Shown piece by piece: positions 58,875-64,000 of a stretch of DNA of 64,000 nucleotides. How positions within the stretch are numbered: position 1 is the stretch's first letter; the number at the start of each line of letters is the position of its first letter. The stretch covers positions 119,193 to 183,192 of IMG/VR virus record IMGVR_UViG_3300022752_000018; one strand, 5' to 3'. This DNA comes from a virus. A model generated the notes under the pieces. The model was given only the letters and a program-made list of their open reading frames with translations, was not told the origin of the DNA and ran no database searches. Both the position numbers and the translations under genes were made by a program.

Positions 58875-59085
58875 AACGTTATATTTCTACAACCTATACC
58901 CAGGAAGCCAGTATGGTTCTGCTTGACAGGGCCTGTTATTGGTATTATAAACACCATATTCTAGCACACTCTTCCATCTCTTTTTTAGGCACCAGACCGG
59001 AGCGACCGGGGCTTGAAATGCTTGGCGATATCCCGATTCGAATCAGGGATGGACAGAACGCCGCAGTGTTGAATGTGCTAGAATA

Positions 59086-59154
<69 letters not shown>

Positions 59155-59164
<10 letters not shown>

Positions 59165-59355
59165 CTTGTACCGCACTCAAAGACCAATTCACTATCCCCC
59201 GACTCTGTTTCACGGTTGACTTCAGCATGAACATGGCCTTCTCTTAGAGCCTGTTGCGCCATCTGTCTCGCTTCTTTGAGACTCTTTGTAGCATAATACA
59301 GGCTTTGATGACCACCTTCATCGGTGGCCATGACTTCATACAATTCCCAACTCAT
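59155..59355 (-). CDS. Small hypothetical protein
   Basis: 66 aa, TAATG-coupled to the upstream gene; the 3' end runs a few bases into the tRNA. Confidence 0.65.
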
Positions 59356-59762
59356 TAGAACGGAGCATCCTCCATGTCTTTAACTTCATCATACGTGCTC
59401 TTCGCCGTGCTCTTCGCACTCTTCTTCTCTGCTGGTGCCTTAGTGGCAGTAGGAGTTGACTCAGGCTTCACAGCCTTAGGTGCCCGTACTGTTGGTGCCT
59501 TAGCAGTATTTGCATCAATGAATTCAGCTAGAGTGGCCTGTGCTATGACATCAGCAAACTCTGCCATGTCTCGTAGTGCAAGAGCAGCTTCCATCTTGGT
59601 CATGGGACGATCCAACTCTGCTAGACGAACATCCTCATGTCCACCCTTCATAAGTACTTTGACACGCATGACGTCATTTGCGAATCGAATCTTATACTCT
59701 CCACCATGACTGGCGGGAAGCTTGCTGATACCTGCTACAGTGAATAATTGTTCAGTTGCCAT
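59355..59762 (-). CDS. Small protein with an Ala/Lys/Pro-rich linker and an SSB-like acidic C-terminal tail
   Basis: Ends '...YDEVKDMEDAPF'; own promoter. Confidence 0.75.
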   Translation of the reverse strand: MATEQLFTVAGISKLPASHGGEYKIRFANDVMRVKVLMKGGHEDVRLAELDRPMTKMEAALALRDMAEFADVIAQATLAEFIDANTAKAPTVRAPKAVKPESTPTATKAPAEKKSAKSTAKSTYDEVKDMEDAPF

Positions 59763-59822
59763 CTTATTTGCCTTTCGTATTTAACTCTGTTAGTATTAAT
59801 GCTAATCTTTTAGCATAGTCAT

Positions 59823-59851
59823 ATTGTACTATCGATCTCTAATCTTGTCAA
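59823..59851 (-). promoter_or_regulatory. Early promoter TTGACA-N17-TACAAT
   Basis: Drives 59762, 59355 and the tRNA(CAU). Confidence 0.85.
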
Positions 59852-59996
59852 GCCGTCGTTTATTGAATTTGGCTAATTGTTTTACCGTTAAACGTTGCCC
59901 ATTCACAACAGCCGCACTCGTGGGCATGTATATGTGTTCGTACGTATGTGTACACACACGCACAGCTAGACCATTACTGATCTGAGCCGCAGTCCA

Positions 59997-60030
59997 AGCC
60001 AAGGCCTTACTCATCATCGAGATCCTCATC
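59997..60030 (+). repeat. 34-bp perfect direct repeat, copy 1
   Basis: AGCCAAGGCCTTACTCATCATCGAGATCCTCATC; identical copy at 60372-60405. Confidence 0.95.
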
Positions 60031-60216
60031 TTCGTCCTCGCGGTCAAGCCAGGTAATTAGGTCATTCTTGCGAGCAAAGTCTGCTACTTCACTCTCACTC
60101 AAATAGCCCAACAAGTCCCTGATTAAGGTGTCCTTGTCGATCATGTCGTCCTCTACAAGGCTTAAGAGTTCGCAAGTGTATCTACGGCTGCGGTATGAAT
60201 CTTGTCTAGTCCACAT
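60007..60216 (-). CDS. Small acidic protein, paralog of 60382
   Basis: 'LSLVEDD...DEDEDLDDE'; RBS AAGGAG. Confidence 0.8.
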   Translation of the reverse strand: MWTRQDSYRSRRYTCELLSLVEDDMIDKDTLIRDLLGYLSESEVADFARKNDLITWLDREDEDEDLDDE

Positions 60217-60248
60217 AGTATCGCTCCTTAGTGTTTCAGTGTATTCAC

Positions 60249-60277
60249 ATTATAGCAAATATCAATAACCCAGTCAA
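60249..60277 (-). promoter_or_regulatory. Early promoter TTGACT-N17-TATAAT
   Basis: Spacer GGGTTATTGATATTTGC. Confidence 0.85.
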
Positions 60278-60302
60278 GTGAAAGGGCTTAGGCCCTCCCA
60301 CC

Positions 60303-60389
60303 TCAGTCCATACGACTGTTCATGTAGGCCTTAACGCCCAGGTGCTCTGTAAGGAACTTTGCCGCAGCCTCAGCCAAGGCCTTACTCAT
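60303..60389 (-). pseudogene. 28-aa ORF or gene remnant resembling the C-terminus of 56978..57310
   Basis: MSKALAEAAAKFLTEHLGVKAYMNSRMD versus GAEAFAHVLKEQLGLERVYAGSRLD. Confidence 0.55.
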
Positions 60390-60405
60390 CATCGAGATCC
60401 TCATC
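60372..60405 (+). repeat. 34-bp perfect direct repeat, copy 2
   Basis: Identical to 59997-60030. Confidence 0.95.
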
Positions 60406-60576
60406 ATAGGCAAAACGTGGGCTCAGTTCGTTGGCATCTAACATGTCACGTACCTCATCCGTGTTCAGCCAGTTCAGTGCCGCATGAAGCATCTGCATGG
60501 GATCTACCAAGCCATCTTCTACAAGACTTAAGGCAAAGTCTCTGGGATCTCTCTTAAACAGTTCCTTGTCCATCAT
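60382..60576 (-). CDS. Small acidic protein, paralog of 60007
   Basis: 'LSLVEDG...YDEDLDDE'; RBS AAAGGAG. Confidence 0.8.
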   Translation of the reverse strand: MMDKELFKRDPRDFALSLVEDGLVDPMQMLHAALNWLNTDEVRDMLDANELSPRFAYDEDLDDE

Positions 60577-60604
60577 CAGCTCCTTTGTTTAACAGCATAA
60601 CCAT

Positions 60605-60633
60605 ATTATACTACCAATCAATACCCTAGTCAA
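60605..60633 (-). promoter_or_regulatory. Early promoter TTGACT-N17-TATAAT
   Basis: Spacer AGGGTATTGATTGGTAG, nearly identical to 60831-60859. Confidence 0.88.
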
Positions 60634-60641
60634 CCGTAGGG

Positions 60642-60797
60642 TTATACATTAAAGTTCTTCTCCGTTATCCTGACGATGTATACTGTGGGATCGTTTACGA
60701 ACCCCCAGTCCTTCTTTGCATGGAGACGAGCTTCTCGAAGAGTCCTAAAGGTGGCCTTCCACCTGGTTTGCTTGCTACGAACTTGGTATTTGACCAC
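60642..60797 (-). CDS. Small basic hypothetical protein (51 aa)
   Basis: GTG start after AAGGAG; the longer ORF-track start overlaps the promoter. Confidence 0.65.
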   Translation of the reverse strand: MVKYQVRSKQTRWKATFRTLREARLHAKKDWGFVNDPTVYIVRITEKNFNV

Positions 60798-60830
60798 AGT
60801 CTGCTTCTCCTTGTTGTTCACTATAACCAT

Positions 60831-60859
60831 ATTATACTACCAATCAATACCCCTGTCAA
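60831..60859 (-). promoter_or_regulatory. Early promoter TTGACA-N17-TATAAT
   Basis: Spacer GGGGTATTGATTGGTAG. Confidence 0.9.
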
Positions 60860-61137
60860 TCGCAGGGTCTTTTGACCTGTTCTACGAAGAATCCACTCTG
60901 CTCAGTGGCCCTACGCTCTATGAGAGCTTGCTCTTGCCGGCGAGTGGCTTCTACCATGTCTGCAATCAACTGCTTCTGCTTTCTTGCGGGAAGATGCTGC
61001 ATATAGTATACTAGAACACTCTGTAGGTAGCCAGCCTCATAAGCATGACTGTGATGATATCTTTGGTGTGCGGCCTCACTGAACTTCTTTAGTACAATGT
61101 TCAGCGAGTCCTGATTTGGCGTAGTCCACATTCCCAT
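60856..61137 (-). CDS. Small hypothetical protein
   Basis: RBS AAAGGAG and own promoter. Confidence 0.75.
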   Translation of the reverse strand: MGMWTTPNQDSLNIVLKKFSEAAHQRYHHSHAYEAGYLQSVLVYYMQHLPARKQKQLIADMVEATRRQEQALIERRATEQSGFFVEQVKRPCD

Positions 61138-61167
61138 TTCGTTGCTCCTTTGTGTTTCAGTTTCATA

Positions 61168-61196
61168 AGTATACGTTCATTCCAAAAACCTGTCAA
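61168..61196 (-). promoter_or_regulatory. Early promoter TTGACA-N17-TATACT
   Basis: Spacer GGTTTTTGGAATGAACG. Confidence 0.9.
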
Positions 61197-61310
61197 CTTG
61201 TCGGGTCATTCCCTTGTGTTGTACATATACCACAAGGTGTTGCTAGTCAACAACGGCCGCACTCGCCTCCCCTAGCCCTCAGACATAGGGTCCTTAGGCT
61301 CCTAAACGGT

Positions 61311-61350
61311 GTAGAAAAGTGTGAAAAAGTGTGAAAAAGTGTGACAAAAT
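61311..61350 (+). repeat. 10-bp tandem repeat (GTGAAAAAGT-like) in a non-coding gap
   Basis: gtagaaaagt gtgaaaaagt gtgaaaaagt gtgacaaaat; a related gtagaaaagtgt lies near 61398. Confidence 0.75.
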
Positions 61351-61509
61351 CAGCGTTATACTTCATAAGACTGTCGGTGCTCCATGCGGCTAGTGTAGTA
61401 GAAAAGTGTTAAGGGAGGTCTCGGGCCACTATGCTCAAATGGTTACTCTGTGTAGTCCAATCGTTCTCCCTAAGTTCTAAAACGTTCTAAAAGTCAGTAC
61501 AGTATAGTC

Positions 61510-61569
61510 AAAAAAATCCCCCGGGAGCCTAGCGGGGGATTAAAAAACCTGGGAGCGAATCAGGTTTTT
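61510..61569 (-). terminator. Two tandem rho-independent terminators
   Basis: Stems AAAACCTG/CAGGTTTT and AATCCCCCG/CGGGGGATT, each followed by a T-run on the minus strand. Confidence 0.85.
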
Positions 61570-61578
61570 AGGGGACCA

Positions 61579-62442
61579 TCACGTTCTTTTCATACAAGTC
61601 AATTGTGCTACTTTCTTCCAGTTGGGCATAGAGGCCTTCAGTGCCGCCACCTTAATGACCATTCGTAAGCTCAGTTCACGCATCATATGCTTGTTCGTGT
61701 CAATAAAGTCAATGACTTCTTCTTTCTCATAGTCTGCGAACTCGAAGCCATTAGTCTCAAAGAGGTTATGATCCTGTGTAACTTGACGGATTCGTAGCAG
61801 TTTCTCACGGTCAGTGTCAATGGTAAGATCCAAGTAGTGACAACGACTCTCCAGTGCTTCTAAGTGATCTCTAAGCTTCTTGCTCTTTACGTTCTCAAAC
61901 TTAATGTTGGTGATGAAGATAGCGCCACCTTTGAATTCGAACTTATTGGGTACACCTTCGCTGTGCAGACTACGACTATCCGTGTTCCAGTGTATAGTAC
62001 GTTTCGCAGAGCTGTCCAGTGCCGCTTTCAGTATGTTAAGGCTCAAGTCGTCTAAGAGTACACTATCGCAGTCGTCGAACACTAGTATGTTCTTCTTCGC
62101 AGAGAACTCGTAGAGTTTCTTGTACAGTCCAATGGCACTCATTGCGCCTTTGACCACTTCGTACTTCTTCAGTTTTTCGTTTTGTGCTACGTCTGCGAAC
62201 ACGTCGTGTCTGCTCAGTACCTTTTCAACTCCGTAGGATTTTCCCACACCCGGGGGACCACTCACAATCATAGCTCGTACGTCGCCCTTCTTCACCGCAC
62301 GAGTCATGTCATCTAAGATCATAAAACGTTCACGCAGTCGTTCGATGATTTCTTCGTCAGTCTCGCGGGGTTTTGCTGGGGTTTTTTCAGTCATTTCAAT
62401 AGTATTAGGGGTCAATTTCATCGCATCAATCATCTTAGGCAT
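61579..62442 (-). CDS. AAA+ family P-loop ATPase
   Basis: Walker A 'GPPGVGKS', Walker B 'LVFDDCD', 'FITN', 'ALESR'. Confidence 0.85.
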   Translation of the reverse strand: MPKMIDAMKLTPNTIEMTEKTPAKPRETDEEIIERLRERFMILDDMTRAVKKGDVRAMIVSGPPGVGKSYGVEKVLSRHDVFADVAQNEKLKKYEVVKGAMSAIGLYKKLYEFSAKKNILVFDDCDSVLLDDLSLNILKAALDSSAKRTIHWNTDSRSLHSEGVPNKFEFKGGAIFITNIKFENVKSKKLRDHLEALESRCHYLDLTIDTDREKLLRIRQVTQDHNLFETNGFEFADYEKEEVIDFIDTNKHMMRELSLRMVIKVAALKASMPNWKKVAQLTCMKRT

Positions 62443-62469
62443 AGTTTCGCTCCTTTGCGTTAAGTCTTA

Positions 62470-62498
62470 ATATTACACGGATTCGGCGGTGTTGTCAA
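62470..62498 (-). promoter_or_regulatory. Early promoter TTGACA-N17-TAATAT
   Basis: Upstream of RBS AAAGGAG and the ATPase start. Confidence 0.75.
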
Positions 62499-62637
62499 GT
62501 AGTTCAACAAGGGTTTTCGCACCGTATTTACTATCTGCTTCAATCTCCGCATCCAGATAGTTGGTTGCGTCTAGTTCTGTGGGCATCCAGCCATCCTTAA
62601 GATAGTAGAATGTGTCCTTATATTTCACCACTTCCAT
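62473..62637 (-). CDS. Small acidic hypothetical protein (54 aa; not in the ORF track)
   Basis: MEVVKYKDTFYYLKDGWMPTELDATNYLDAEIEADSKYGAKTLVELLDNTAESV; TAATG overlap with the upstream gene. Confidence 0.65.
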   Translation of the reverse strand: MEVVKYKDTFYYLKDGWMPTELDATNYLDAEIEADSKYGAKTLVELLDNTAESV

Positions 62638-63017
62638 TATGCCACTTCCCGGCAGTAGTCAGCGAACTCAGCGTGGGTACCTTTGAACACAAGGTCTCGC
62701 TTGTAGTTAAAGATAATAACGTCCTTCTCGTAGACATGATACTCAAAGTCTTGTCCATCGTCTCTGTTGAGTATGGGGGCATGGAGGTAAAAGTTGCCTA
62801 CTTCAGTTTTGAAGTGAGCAACCATTTGAGCAGCCAAACAGCCCATGCCGTTAGCCAACTTTGCTCGCTTTTCACCAAAACCGTTGACGATCTCGTACCC
62901 GTCTAAGAACTCAGCAAGTTCTGCTCCGTGCCCAGTGGGATAGCCATCGTATTGACGATAAAGGCATACTACGGGGTGCTTGCCCTCATAGACATAAGTT
63001 AGTGATCTCGTTCCCAT
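62637..63017 (-). CDS. Conserved phage hypothetical protein ('YxxxDGYP' family)
   Basis: 'MGTRSLT...LYRQYDGYPTGHG'; RBS AAGGAG. Confidence 0.8.
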   Translation of the reverse strand: MGTRSLTYVYEGKHPVVCLYRQYDGYPTGHGAELAEFLDGYEIVNGFGEKRAKLANGMGCLAAQMVAHFKTEVGNFYLHAPILNRDDGQDFEYHVYEKDVIIFNYKRDLVFKGTHAEFADYCREVA

Positions 63018-63045
63018 TTCATGCTCCTTGTGTTTCAGTCTCTAT

Positions 63046-63074
63046 AGTATAGCATGGCTCAAGAGGCCTGTCAA
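63046..63074 (-). promoter_or_regulatory. Early promoter TTGACA-N17-TATACT
   Basis: Spacer GGCCTCTTGAGCCATGC. Confidence 0.9.
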
Positions 63075-63083
63075 CCTCTAGGG

Positions 63084-63290
63084 TTATTGGAATCGTTGTA
63101 AAATAACACGGGCCTCGTCTACCGCCATGTATTCATCCAGGGCCGTAGCAGTCAGCAGTTCGTAGACAGTACGAGCGTCCCGTCCATAAAGTTCTAGCAC
63201 GGCTTCTACGTCACGCTGGGTATCACACTGGTTCCACATGAATTCTGCTATAATCTTTTGGTTCTTTGTTAGTCCTTCAATCTTAACCAT
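63084..63290 (-). CDS. Small hypothetical protein
   Basis: RBS AAGGAG; stop codon lies inside the next promoter motif. Confidence 0.75.
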   Translation of the reverse strand: MVKIEGLTKNQKIIAEFMWNQCDTQRDVEAVLELYGRDARTVYELLTATALDEYMAVDEARVILQRFQ

Positions 63291-63370
63291 TAGATAACTC
63301 CTTGTTGTATGAGTATGGCCGTGGCCAGTCCAATGAGTATGATGCCAATGAATACAGTTCTGTCTGTCAT
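63290..63370 (-). CDS. 26-aa hydrophobic peptide (single TM)
   Basis: MTDRTVFIGIILIGLATAILIQQGVI; ATGA and TAATG overlaps at its two ends. Confidence 0.55.
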   Translation of the reverse strand: MTDRTVFIGIILIGLATAILIQQGVI

Positions 63371-63558
63371 TTCAGCCCCGCTATTTCAAACCATTCCGTG
63401 TAGCTGAGGTAGAAGTCTGTACGTGGGTCGTAGTATTTTCCTTCCCGTGGGTCGTAGTAGAGTACCCGCCCGTTGAAGTTGAAAGGTCCTTCCAAACCCC
63501 GGCGCGGCTCATAGCCCTTAAGAAGATCTTCTGTCTTACCCAATACCTTGTAGCCCAT
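63367..63558 (-). CDS. Conserved small phage protein
   Basis: 'GLEGPFNFNGRVLYYDPREGKYYDPRTDFYL'; RBS AAGGAG. Confidence 0.8.
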   Translation of the reverse strand: MGYKVLGKTEDLLKGYEPRRGLEGPFNFNGRVLYYDPREGKYYDPRTDFYLSYTEWFEIAGLK

Positions 63559-63587
63559 CCTGCACTCCTTGTTGTCATCATAGTCGT

Positions 63588-63616
63588 ATTATATGTTCGT
63601 TCAAAAGACCTGTCAA
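63588..63616 (-). promoter_or_regulatory. Early promoter TTGACA-N17-TATAAT
   Basis: Spacer GGTCTTTTGAACGAACA. Confidence 0.92.
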
Positions 63617-63642
63617 CCTATAGGGGTATTGTTGTTTTCTTG

Positions 63643-63852
63643 CTACAGCCAACTTCCAGGGAGAACGTAGGGTTTACGCTGACCCCGTACCCTAACATCA
63701 ATCTGTCTCACTGCTCGTTTCAGTCTCCGAGCCAAGTAGCGAGCACGACCCAGGCTAGGGGTGGCTACGAAGTCACTCCATCCACCGTCGGAGAAGGTAC
63801 GGGGCTTGTTCAATGCTACATAATATAGGGTTTTGGGTCTAATCATCTTCAT
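63643..63852 (-). CDS. Small basic hypothetical protein
   Basis: ATGA overlap with the upstream partial ORF. Confidence 0.6.
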   Translation of the reverse strand: MKMIRPKTLYYVALNKPRTFSDGGWSDFVATPSLGRARYLARRLKRAVRQIDVRVRGQRKPYVLPGSWL

Positions 63853-64000
63853 TGGAACTCCAATAGGTCTGCTACTTCATTTGAGTATAGATAGCTCAGT
63901 GTCTTCCATACACTATCTATAATGTCGTTGAATTCTCTGAATTGGGTATAGAGGTTTTTGAAGTAGAACTCGTCACCTCTGGCCTCTGCATACAGTTCTG
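63849..64000 (-). CDS. Partial ORF entering from the window edge
   Basis: ...ELYAEARGDEFYFKNLYTQFREFNDIIDSVWKTLSYLYSNEVADLLEFQ*. Confidence 0.55.
   Translation of the reverse strand, partial: ELYAEARGDEFYFKNLYTQFREFNDIIDSVWKTLSYLYSNEVADLLEFQ

Noticed and set aside
59829-60047. 72-aa minus-strand ORF MTARTKMRISMM...
   Set aside because: Overlaps the 60007 gene end and runs through the promoter at 59823-59851; no RBS.

Overview
A 64-kb segment of a large lytic dsDNA tailed phage with T4-like modules, probably a myovirus of a proteobacterial host. 1-35.2 kb is a + strand virion region: a baseplate-type protein cut by the window edge, a gp9/gp10-anchored collagen fibre, an S8 protease, three paralogous tail proteins, and two giant FN3/Ig-repeat proteins (1561 and 3732 aa). 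These two each appear to carry half of one DUF1566 (Lcl-C, C-type-lectin fold) domain. 35.3-40.9 kb is a glycan-modification cluster (cupin, glycosyltransferases, kdsA). 40.9-50.7 kb holds replication genes: UvsW helicase, a 188-aa palm-only DnaE-like protein, primase and a gp41-like helicase. 50.8-56.3 kb is an accessory cluster with TAAATA late-type promoters: a paralogous membrane-protein pair, a class III nucleotide cyclase, hemF, a GATase-like protein and an M48-like protease. 56.5-64 kb is visibly more GC-rich and carries mostly minus-strand small genes, most behind their own near-consensus sigma70 promoter in a shared junction motif, plus three tRNAs (Arg-UCU, Leu-UAA, Ile2/Met-CAU) and an AAA ATPase. 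I saw no CRISPR array, integrase, transposase, reverse transcriptase, intron or intein. All family assignments come from motif recognition by eye; no searches were run.
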